64,000 nt of DNA from Candidatus Nomurabacteria bacterium (GTDB lineage Bacteria > Patescibacteriota > Minisyncoccia > Phycocordibacterales > UBA5272), in assembly GCA_028286645.1 (NCBI GenBank), contig JAQBRF010000004.1, positions 91,501 through 155,500 of the forward strand. The letters are read 5' to 3'. The notes below the pieces were generated by a model. It saw only the letters and a program-made list of their open reading frames with translations. It was not told the DNA's origin and searched no databases. Positions within the stretch are counted from its first letter, which is position 1; the number at the start of each line of letters is the position of its first letter. The translations under genes were made by a program, and so were the position numbers. Of the stretch, positions 27,721-35,572 are shown piece by piece.

Positions 27721-28431
27721 ATGGATACCGAACGCCTCCAAACTATATCTATTGGCAACAAGAAGCGACTAAACTCGTTTATTGAAATAATTAAAGAAAC
27801 TTCCGAACTTACGGGTTTCAATAGACTTACGCGAATAGTCAAAATTCCAATCTCCACTCTTAACCAAAATAATCTATCTCAAGTAGAAGCAGAGCAATTA
27901 TGCACTCTTATAAATGGAATCACGAGGGAAACGATTATAGACCTACCAGTAAGGAAGGCGGATAAGCACATAGGCGGTGCTGACGACTTTATTCCCGACA
28001 GTTCAATAAAAAGACTAGCCTCTCTTCAGAAAATCAAATTTGATAAAATCATTATGGCAGAACAACAACTGTCGCTTTTAGGTATTACAGACTATGATAG
28101 GGATACATTTCTAATACTTCAATTTATAAGTGCTGACGGTCTTCAGCAAGTATTTAGTATGCAGAAGTATATTGATTCTCAAAACGAATCAGATACCCAG
28201 CTAGATGACGCCACAAAAAAGAAATTGGGTATTTTAAAAAAGCTTAAAGTAGAGTGGGAGTTAATGCCCAAGGGTTTTAAAAATAAACAGATAAAGATTT
28301 CTGATGATAAGTGGCAGGATTGGATAAGAGAATCTGGTGTTGACGAGTATTATCAGTTAGAGAATATCCTTTTTAGCCTCCAAGAGGAAGGTCTAATCAT
28401 AGAATATGATTTTATAGATAATTATAGATAA
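27721..28431 (+). CDS. hypothetical protein (236 aa)
   Basis: ATG 7 nt after TATAAT at 27708. AT-rich, no motif recognised. Lies upstream of the recombinase module. Confidence 0.45.
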   Translation: MDTERLQTISIGNKKRLNSFIEIIKETSELTGFNRLTRIVKIPISTLNQNNLSQVEAEQLCTLINGITRETIIDLPVRKADKHIGGADDFIPDSSIKRLASLQKIKFDKIIMAEQQLSLLGITDYDRDTFLILQFISADGLQQVFSMQKYIDSQNESDTQLDDATKKKLGILKKLKVEWELMPKGFKNKQIKISDDKWQDWIRESGVDEYYQLENILFSLQEEGLIIEYDFIDNYR

Positions 28432-28434
28432 ACT

Positions 28435-28881
28435 ATGAGTGAATTATACATACAATTACCCGATGATTTTGGAGAGAGATATGAGAAGTATCTTAACAAA
28501 GCACTAAATGCGAAAGAGAAGCCGATGGTGGTTCCTCCACAGGAGAGTATTGGGAAGGATATTCCAGTTATTACCTATGACCCTGCAACAGGTGATGGGC
28601 AAGTTTTAGGTGGTAGAAAATTTAAATTTAAATATGACGGTAAAGAATTCAAATTATTTCGTGAGTTATACAAAAATATAAACACTGTTATTAAAAGATA
28701 TGATGTGGTAATTGCAATAGAAATCTATGAGGATGGAGATAAGCCAATAGAAGCACAACGCTCTTTAGATACTGAAAAAATTAACAGAGCAGTTACAAAG
28801 ATACGAGAAAAGACTGGTCTTACGCCTGAACAGTTAAGCAATAATGATGGCAATTTAATACTGCGGGCTAAACAGGGGTAA
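28435..28881 (+). CDS. hypothetical protein (148 aa)
   Basis: ORF 4 nt after the previous gene. Confidence 0.45.
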   Translation: MSELYIQLPDDFGERYEKYLNKALNAKEKPMVVPPQESIGKDIPVITYDPATGDGQVLGGRKFKFKYDGKEFKLFRELYKNINTVIKRYDVVIAIEIYEDGDKPIEAQRSLDTEKINRAVTKIREKTGLTPEQLSNNDGNLILRAKQG

Positions 28882-28995
28882 ATAAGGTTTTTTAGGACTA
28901 AAAAAGGTTACACAGGTTTAATTGAAATGGCTACTATCAAAGTAGCCTGTTTCTTTGGTTGTAAATAATTCACAGAACGCACGAGTAAGCCAATT

Positions 28996-29038
28996 GCTTG
29001 CTTGAACTGTTTCAGCGTTCGGAATGGTTCAAGCAAAG
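28996..29038. repeat. 10-bp inverted repeat ttgcttgaac / gttcaagcaa overlapping the start codon of the HTH gene
   Basis: Arms at 28998-29007 and 29027-29036, with 19 bp between them. Confidence 0.5.
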
Positions 29039-29458
29039 AGCGGGCTTTCAGATGTGGCTAACAAATACAACCTTCATTCAATCAAAACACGCAGAAGCTA
29101 CTCCTTAAAAGAAGTGTCTGTATTGTTGCAAGTTGATAGAAAAACCTGCTCAAGATGGATAAAAGATAAGGGCTTAAAAGTTATTGCTCCTGATACTACT
29201 CCTATTCTTATTATGGGAGCAGACCTAAAGACATTTCTCCTAGAGATGCGCTGTAAGAACAGGGTAGTACTAGGTGAAGATGAGCTTTATTGCCTCAAAT
29301 GTCACTGTGGGAGAAAAGCCAAGAAGGGGAGCGAACAAGTAATTAAGACGGGAAAGAAGATTGGAAAAGAAAAGCAGGAACAGTTCAAAAAAATAGGTAA
29401 CTGTGATACCTGCGGTACTCCAATGCATAAATTCTTAGGGCTCCAGCAGAAGGATTAA
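29024..29458 (+). CDS. HTH DNA-binding protein (excisionase/MerR-like) with a C-terminal zinc ribbon
   Basis: YSLKEVSVLLQVDRKTCSRWIKDKGLKV helix-turn-helix, then CLKCHCG...CDTCG cysteine pairs. Confidence 0.55.
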   Translation: MVQAKSGLSDVANKYNLHSIKTRRSYSLKEVSVLLQVDRKTCSRWIKDKGLKVIAPDTTPILIMGADLKTFLLEMRCKNRVVLGEDELYCLKCHCGRKAKKGSEQVIKTGKKIGKEKQEQFKKIGNCDTCGTPMHKFLGLQQKD

Positions 29459-29499
29459 TAGGTTACTTACCATGACCTGTAAATGTCCCACTCAATACT

Positions 29500-30627
29500 A
29501 TGACAAACAAAGCATATAAAAACGAGACGATAAAGAGAAAATTCTACAGCTATTTAGCTAATTCTTCAAAAGGATTTTCTCCTACTACCATTGATTGTTA
29601 CGATGGTGCTATTTGTCTATGGGAAGATTTTTCTAAGGGAGAGGATTTCTTGTATTTTAGTAAAACAAAAGCAGAAGAATTCAAAGAATGGCTAAGAAAC
29701 AAGAAGAAGGTGCGTTCTTCAGAAAATGTAAGTCTGTCCTATTGTTACGACATGTTGAGATATTTGAGATGTTTCTTCAACTGGTTGTCTCAACAAAAGG
29801 GATACAGAAAAATAACTCAAAGTGATGTTGATTATCTCAATCTATCAAAAAAAGAAAGAAGAGTAGCAATGCAGCCAAAAAGTAAAGTTGTTCCTTCCTT
29901 AGAACAAGTAAAAAAGGTGATTGAAAATATTAAGGGGGAAAATGAAGTGGAGATGCGTGATAGGGCACTTCTGTCTCTTGCCCTGCTGACAGGAGCGCGA
30001 ATTACTGCTTTAACTTCGTTACCTCTAAGGAGTTTTGATAGGGAAAGACAGGTAATTGACCAGAGTCCAGAGCTGAATGTTAAAACTAAATTCTCAAAAA
30101 GAATTGTCTCACCGCTCATTTCCTTTTCATATAAGGAGCCATTAGGATACTTTGTTGAGTGGGTAAATTATTTAACTAGAAAGGGTTTTACAGATGAAGA
30201 CCCGATATTCCCAGCTACCAAAGTACAAAATGGTACAAAAGATGAGCTGGGTTATTTTAATACTGGTGAAGTAGAGCCTACCTTTTGGCAAAGTACATCT
30301 ACTGCAAGAAAGATATTTGAACAGAGGTTTACCCAAGCAGGTATTAGCTATCACAACCCTCACTCTTTTAGACATCTACTAGTTAAAGAAATATCAAAGC
30401 TCCATCTAACCGAGGAGCAGAGAAAAGCCTTCAGTCAAAGTTTAGGGCATGAGGATGTAGGTACAACATTTGGTTCGTACGGATATGGATATATTGATGA
30501 AGATAGACAAATAGAAATTGTTAATAGTATAGATTTTGAAGGGAAACATCATAGAAAAGAATATGTATTTACCGAGGAAGGGATAAATGAACTTATTAGG
30601 AAAGCCAAAGAGGGTGACGAAGTATGA
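29500..30627 (+). CDS. tyrosine-type site-specific recombinase / phage integrase family
   Basis: LALLTGARITAL (box I Arg), HNPHSFRHLLV (HxxR), LGHEDVGTTFGSYGY (catalytic Tyr region). Confidence 0.85.
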   Translation: MTNKAYKNETIKRKFYSYLANSSKGFSPTTIDCYDGAICLWEDFSKGEDFLYFSKTKAEEFKEWLRNKKKVRSSENVSLSYCYDMLRYLRCFFNWLSQQKGYRKITQSDVDYLNLSKKERRVAMQPKSKVVPSLEQVKKVIENIKGENEVEMRDRALLSLALLTGARITALTSLPLRSFDRERQVIDQSPELNVKTKFSKRIVSPLISFSYKEPLGYFVEWVNYLTRKGFTDEDPIFPATKVQNGTKDELGYFNTGEVEPTFWQSTSTARKIFEQRFTQAGISYHNPHSFRHLLVKEISKLHLTEEQRKAFSQSLGHEDVGTTFGSYGYGYIDEDRQIEIVNSIDFEGKHHRKEYVFTEEGINELIRKAKEGDEV

Positions 30628-30786
30628 AACATCCGCTTCCAGGAAAGAAAAAGAAGCTAGTGATTCCTCAAATAATATATCAGGAATGTAACTGCGATGC
30701 GTCTGATTCACAGTTAAGGATAGATAAGGCATTTGATATTCTTTTTGAAGAGCTAATTAGGTCTAAAGAACTAGTGAATAACTAAC

Positions 30787-31005
30787 TTGACATCTATGGA
30801 CAATTTAGAACATACTGTAAATATGGAATTTTATACAAGAAGCGAAGTGGCGACATATCTTAGAGTTCATGAAAGAACTATTATGAGGTGGCTTAAAAGC
30901 GGAGCTCTGAAAGGTTACAAATTAGGAGAAGGAAAAACTGCCGTATGGAGAATTAGGAAGTCTGAAGTAGAGAATTTTCTAAAAAAGCACATAAGTAAAA
31001 AATAA
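30787..31005 (+). CDS. excisionase-family HTH DNA-binding protein
   Basis: 72 aa; YTRSEVATYLRVHERTIMRWLKSGALKGYKLG ... WRIRKSEVENFL matches the Xis/AlpA-type HTH pattern. Confidence 0.65.
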   Translation: MTSMDNLEHTVNMEFYTRSEVATYLRVHERTIMRWLKSGALKGYKLGEGKTAVWRIRKSEVENFLKKHISKK

Positions 31006-31008
31006 TTT

Positions 31009-32640
31009 ATGCCAGAACAATTACAAAATCAAACAAAACTAATTGCTGTTTATGGAAGGGTCTCTAGTTCAAATCAAGAAAACGAGGGAACTATTGAAAC
31101 ACAGCTCTCTGCAGTTAATGAGTTTTCTAAGAAGAATGGCTATACAATTGTGCAGAAATATACTGATGAAGGATGGAGTGGAGATAGTATCGCGAGACCT
31201 GCGTTAGACCAATTGCGAATGGATGCAAAGAAAAAGATTTGGTCTGCAGTTCTAATGTATGACCCAGATAGGTTGGCACGGCGCTATTCCTATCAAGAGT
31301 TGATTATGGATGAATTGAAGGAAGCTGGAATTGAAGTCATATTTGTAACAGTTTCCGCCCCGAAGAATAGTGAAGATAAAATTCTCTACGGAGTACGAGG
31401 TTTATTTGCTGAATACGAAAGGGCAAAGATTGCAGAACGCTTCCGACTAGGAAAAGTTCGTAAAGCAAACGAAGGCCATATTATTGCTAGTGAGGCACCT
31501 TATGGGTATACATTCATTACAAGAAATTCTGAAAGACAAGGTTACTACGAAATAAACGAAATTGAAGCAATTATCGTTAGGAAAATATTTACCTGGGTAG
31601 CTGACGAGGGTTTAACTTTACGAGCCATAGTTAAGCGTCTTCAGAATGAGGGAATACTACCTCGTAAAAGCAAAAGAGGTGTATGGAACACAAGTACATT
31701 AAGCACCCTATTACGAAATAAGACATACATAGGGGAAGCCCACTATGGTGCATCTTATGCTGTGGTTCCATTAAAACCGATTAAGAAGGAAGGCTATAAG
31801 AAAATAAAGAAAACGAGTAGACGAAATAAGCCTGAAAGTGAGTGGATTAAAATTTCTACTCCAAAAATTATTGAGGAAGAACTATTTATACGAGTAGGGC
31901 AAAGATTAAAGTCTAATTTTGAAAAGGCAGTAAGAAATACTAAAAATGAATATCTTCTCGCTGGTTCTATTTGGTGCTCGTGTGGAAATAGGCGGGCAGG
32001 GGAAGGGCCTCAACATGGTAAACACTTATATTACAGATGTACTAATCGCGGATATTGCTATCCTTTACCACGCACTTGTTTTGAAGGAGGAGTAAACGCA
32101 AGAATTGCTGATAAATTAGTTTGGCAAAAAGTCAGTATGCTTATGAGTTCTCCTGAACTTCTAACAAGACAAGCAGAACGATGGCTTAATAATAAGGTGA
32201 GCAGCAAACCTGCGGCCGCTACTGATATTTCAATATTAAGAAAAGAGATTGAAAAACTTAAAGACTCACAAGAACGATACATGAAAGCATATGGTGCGAA
32301 TGTCATCTCTTTAGAGCAGTTAACAGAATACACAGCACCTTTAAAAGAAAAAATGACTTCTCTGGATAGTCAAATAAAGCAAACTGAACTCGCAAATAAT
32401 CAGTTAAATGAAATACCACTACCCAAGAAAGAGGAAATAGAAGAGTTTGCACACAAGGCAAGCCATGAACTCAAAAATTTGAGCTTTAAGGCGAAACAGG
32501 AGATAATAAGAAGCATTATTGAAAAGGTCGTAGGTAATCAACAAGAACTAATAATATCAGGGTTTATACCCGTACAATATCTCAACCATGTCTCATTCTG
32601 CTCTCTCCATCGGAATCGTCGGATTGCCAAATGTAGGTAA
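31009..32640 (+). CDS. large serine recombinase (resolvase domain + recombinase domain + zinc ribbon + coiled coil)
   Basis: N-terminal LIAVYGRVSSSNQ catalytic Ser motif, a recombinase domain, a Cys-rich CSCGNRR...YYRCTNRGYCY ribbon, and a C-terminal coiled coil. The last 53 nt overlap the ychF start. Confidence 0.85.
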   Translation: MPEQLQNQTKLIAVYGRVSSSNQENEGTIETQLSAVNEFSKKNGYTIVQKYTDEGWSGDSIARPALDQLRMDAKKKIWSAVLMYDPDRLARRYSYQELIMDELKEAGIEVIFVTVSAPKNSEDKILYGVRGLFAEYERAKIAERFRLGKVRKANEGHIIASEAPYGYTFITRNSERQGYYEINEIEAIIVRKIFTWVADEGLTLRAIVKRLQNEGILPRKSKRGVWNTSTLSTLLRNKTYIGEAHYGASYAVVPLKPIKKEGYKKIKKTSRRNKPESEWIKISTPKIIEEELFIRVGQRLKSNFEKAVRNTKNEYLLAGSIWCSCGNRRAGEGPQHGKHLYYRCTNRGYCYPLPRTCFEGGVNARIADKLVWQKVSMLMSSPELLTRQAERWLNNKVSSKPAAATDISILRKEIEKLKDSQERYMKAYGANVISLEQLTEYTAPLKEKMTSLDSQIKQTELANNQLNEIPLPKKEEIEEFAHKASHELKNLSFKAKQEIIRSIIEKVVGNQQELIISGFIPVQYLNHVSFCSLHRNRRIAKCR

Positions 32641-33694
32641 ATCCACGCTCTTCAACGCCATTACGAAAAAATCCGTTCCTGCGGATAATTATCCTTTTTG
32701 TACTATCGACCCATCAGTTGGTATCGTTCCAGTGCCGGACGAGAGATTAGATGTGCTTGCAAAGCTATCTCTATCTAAAAAAATAATTCCTGGCGTAATT
32801 GAATTTGTGGATATAGCGGGCCTCGTTAAAGGTGCCGCCGAGGGCCAGGGACTTGGAAATCAATTTCTTTCACACATTCGCGAGACAGATGCCATCGCCG
32901 AAGTCGTGCGCATATACGAAAATAGCGATCTCATTCACGTCGAAGGAACGGTAGACCCTCTGCGAGATATTGAGATTATAAATATGGAGTTAATTCTCGC
33001 CGATATGTCTACTGTAGAAAAAAGAATTCAAACAATTGGGCGCGATGTAAAAAGGGGAGACAAAGACGCTTTGAAGCTGGAAGCAATACTTCAGAAGCTA
33101 AAAATTGCGTTTGATGCAGGTCAGTTAGCTAACAGTGTTCATATGGACGAAGAGGAGAAGGGGTTATTGAAAGAGCTTCATTTGATTACTATGAAGCCGA
33201 TTTTATATGTCTTAAATAAACAGTCCGGTGGTAAAAGTTTAGATGAGATGAATGATGAAAGATTTAAAAAGCTAATCTCATTCTTTAATGACAATAACCA
33301 AAAGTATGTAATAGTGGACGCGAAGATAGAAGACGAGCTCAAAGAGTTTGAAGGTGTCGAGAAGGAAGAAATGAGAAGAGAGCTCGGAGCTCATGATAAT
33401 GGAGTGGACGGTCTCATCAAAGCCGGATATGAATTACTCGGTCTTGAAACATTTTTGACTACAGGCCCGGAGGAGACAAGAGCATGGACAATTAAGAAAG
33501 GAAGTACAGCGCCAGTTGCTGGACAAGCCATTCACACAGACTTTAAAGATAAATTCATCCGCGCTGAAGTTGTAGCATACGAAGACTTAGTAAAAGTGGG
33601 AACGTTTGCTGAAGCGAAAAATAAAGGGGTACTAAGAACCGAGGGGAAAGAATACATCGTAAAGGATGGAGATGTGATTGAGTTTAAGATCTAA
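32588..33694 (+). CDS. ychF: ribosome-binding ATPase YchF (Obg-family GTPase)
   Basis: MSHSALSIGIVGLPNVGKSTLFNAIT P-loop, NQFLSHIRETDAI, and a C-terminal TGS domain. Confidence 0.9.
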   Translation: MSHSALSIGIVGLPNVGKSTLFNAITKKSVPADNYPFCTIDPSVGIVPVPDERLDVLAKLSLSKKIIPGVIEFVDIAGLVKGAAEGQGLGNQFLSHIRETDAIAEVVRIYENSDLIHVEGTVDPLRDIEIINMELILADMSTVEKRIQTIGRDVKRGDKDALKLEAILQKLKIAFDAGQLANSVHMDEEEKGLLKELHLITMKPILYVLNKQSGGKSLDEMNDERFKKLISFFNDNNQKYVIVDAKIEDELKEFEGVEKEEMRRELGAHDNGVDGLIKAGYELLGLETFLTTGPEETRAWTIKKGSTAPVAGQAIHTDFKDKFIRAEVVAYEDLVKVGTFAEAKNKGVLRTEGKEYIVKDGDVIEFKI

Positions 33695-33700
33695 ACAGAC

Positions 33701-34399
33701 CTATCTTACCTCTAGAAATACTTTAGGTTTGGTGGTGATAATGCGATCCTTTATTTCTGGAAAGATTTTACCTAATTGGATATTCTCAAAAAATATTGTT
33801 AATTCTCCATCATATGGATAGGCATTGGCATCATACAGAACATTTTTTATTTTTACTCTTTTTAACATTTCGGGCATTTCCTCAATGACATAGTGTGCCA
33901 TTCGGTTGATTTGTTGGTCATCGAAAGTTCGATTTTCATTCTTTGTGAATCCTTTGATTATTCCCTTTAATGTATCTTTAAACAATGGATTACTTTCGTA
34001 GTAATTATACAGAAACTTTACATCTTCTTTGTATCGGTCATCCATTAAATCCTTCCACGAGGCATAAATAATCTTTTCTTTTTCTTCTAAGCTAAAGCTT
34101 TTATCAATCTCATTTTTTACTTTTTCTATAATCACATTTCCCATTTTGTTAGAAAGTTCTAAGGCTTTAGCATGGGTAATGCCATTTCTAACCTCTAAGT
34201 TTATGGCATGAATATAATCAGCCACATATACCACAACGACGTCTTTGGTATGTTCTAAAGACCAACGGGTAAGTGCAACTATGTTTTCTACAGTAAACCA
34301 TTTATTTCCCAAACTTACTCCTATTCCTATTGTGTACTGCTTCTGTTGAAGTTCTTCCAAGTTGCCTCCTCTAATTTTACGAAGTTCCATGATACACAA
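33701..34399 (-). CDS. tRNA-dependent cyclodipeptide synthase (CDPS)
   Basis: IGIGVSLGNKWFTVENIVALTRWSLEHTKDVVVVYVADYIHAINL aligns with the AlbC-type motif IGISAGNSYFSQKNTVMLLQWA...VVYVDTHIDEML, including the catalytic Ser. Downstream, HYVIEEMPEM matches the CDPS Y[VI]xxExP motif with the catalytic Tyr and Glu. Size is about 230 aa. Confidence 0.75.
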   Translation of the reverse strand: MCIMELRKIRGGNLEELQQKQYTIGIGVSLGNKWFTVENIVALTRWSLEHTKDVVVVYVADYIHAINLEVRNGITHAKALELSNKMGNVIIEKVKNEIDKSFSLEEKEKIIYASWKDLMDDRYKEDVKFLYNYYESNPLFKDTLKGIIKGFTKNENRTFDDQQINRMAHYVIEEMPEMLKRVKIKNVLYDANAYPYDGELTIFFENIQLGKIFPEIKDRIITTKPKVFLEVR

Positions 34400-34427
34400 A
34401 TTTTAACATAAATTATATATAAATTAG

Positions 34428-34436
34428 ATGTTATAA
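34428..34436 (+). promoter_or_regulatory. extended -10 TGTTATAAT, 8 nt before the ATG of the aaRS-like gene, in the shared divergent promoter region
   Basis: The 45-bp CDPS/aaRS-like intergenic region is AT-rich and carries -10-like boxes on both strands. Confidence 0.4.
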
Positions 34437-34444
34437 TTCTATCC

Positions 34445-35188
34445 ATGAATCAGGAGTATTCTGCCGATTATAAGTTAAGTCTATATATAAACAGGATAAG
34501 AGCCTTTTTACTAAATCAGGGATTTTTCGAGCATCATTTATACTCTACAACTAATTACAAAATTGAAAACACAGATACTTTTCCTTTAAAGGATGGCATA
34601 TCTTTACGTTATAATCCTGAACCAGATATTTGGCAGATAGGTATTAAGTACGATAAATTTTTCTGGATTGGCAGTATGTTTAGAAATGAAAAAGAGATTA
34701 ATGAAACCAGAAGATATGAATTTACGGTAGTGGACATTTACCAACCAAATGGGAGACAAGAAGATGTTGTAAGTAAATTTATAGAAATATTGAAAATGTT
34801 GGAAGAAAGGTTAAAATTACCAGTTTTATCTTCATGTGAAGTTAAAACAATGCTTCATGAGGAATTCAATAAGGAGGACAGAATATTACCTTCAGGTAGG
34901 TGCTGGCTTCTAGTTACTAATTATCCAATTGTAGAATCATTTTATGACACAGGAAAAGATTCTGATTATACTTCTAAATTCGAAATTTACTTTGTTGATG
35001 AAGGCGTGCCTTTAGAAATAGCCGCTTGTGGAAATTTAGGGGAAAATATAAATAAAGTTAATTATATTTCGAGTGAAGATAGTTACATTAATCAAGAAAT
35101 AATAAATAAAAAGTTTATCGGTTTTGGTTTTGGGTTAGAAAGATTAATTTTTTTGTATGATCGGGAAGCTATCGACCATACAGAATGA
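34445..35188 (+). CDS. truncated class IIb aminoacyl-tRNA-synthetase-like catalytic core (LysRS/AsxRS paralog; EpmA- or AsnA-archaeal-type-like), no anticodon-binding domain
   Basis: Motif 2 MFRNEKEINETRRYEFTVVDIY (FRNE...EFT) and motif 3 GFGFGLERLIFLY (GxGxGxERL) are present; only 247 aa. Transcribed divergently from the CDPS. Confidence 0.7.
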   Translation: MNQEYSADYKLSLYINRIRAFLLNQGFFEHHLYSTTNYKIENTDTFPLKDGISLRYNPEPDIWQIGIKYDKFFWIGSMFRNEKEINETRRYEFTVVDIYQPNGRQEDVVSKFIEILKMLEERLKLPVLSSCEVKTMLHEEFNKEDRILPSGRCWLLVTNYPIVESFYDTGKDSDYTSKFEIYFVDEGVPLEIAACGNLGENINKVNYISSEDSYINQEIINKKFIGFGFGLERLIFLYDREAIDHTE

Positions 35189-35189
35189 T

Positions 35190-35320
35190 CATGGGTGATG
35201 CCTACTTGTACTAGCGGCGAGAGGCCAGTCCGCATCTCAACAAAAAGGTAGGGCAGGTACGCTCTGCACGTAATCCCATCAAAGCCTACGGACCACGAGC
35301 TGGCGCGAAATCGCCAGCTC
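35190..35320 (+). ncRNA. GC-rich structured element ending in an intrinsic terminator (candidate small RNA or 3' UTR element)
   Basis: A 130-nt stretch markedly GC-richer than its surroundings with several internal pairings (gcgg...ccgc, ccuac...guagg). It ends with the gagctggcg-cgaaat-cgccagctc hairpin plus tttcttttt. Confidence 0.25.
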
Positions 35321-35375
35321 TTTCTTTTTATATTATCGTTTGACTTACTAAAAATAAGATGTAGTGTTTGGGTAA
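35317..35375. repeat. 59-bp direct repeat, copy 1 (58/59 identical to 41559..41617)
   Basis: gctctttctttttatattatcgtttgacttactaaaaataagatgtagtgtttgggtaa. Weaker similarity continues for about 85 bp further, into a degenerate copy of the 5' end of the 41641 HTH gene. Confidence 0.8.
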
Positions 35376-35560
35376 TCATTTTGCCTCGAGGTGCGTATGA
35401 GTGAGCCTACATTTCGTAAGGTTGTTAATTTACAGGAGTTGGCGTAGCATTTGCAAACTCTGCGAAGGATGGCAAAAGGTCGGTCCATTCAATGACCGGG
35501 GCTTAATTGAATTCTATCTATGGAATCTTGTGTTGCGAGTCGGTTGAATTGAGTCTAATA

Positions 35561-35566
35561 TATAAC
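35561..35566 (+). promoter_or_regulatory. -10 box TATAAC, 6 nt before the ATG at 35573 (leaderless)
   Basis: tatataaccatacaATG. Confidence 0.35.
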
Positions 35567-35572
35567 CATACA

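Larger units (their letters stand above)
28988..32640. mobile_element. recombinase module (HTH-Zn, tyrosine integrase, Xis-like, large serine recombinase); possible integrated element or remnant, left boundary undefined
   Basis: Four mobile-element-type genes run in one orientation and end exactly at the 5' end of ychF. The hypothetical genes at 27721-28881 may be cargo. Confidence 0.45.
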
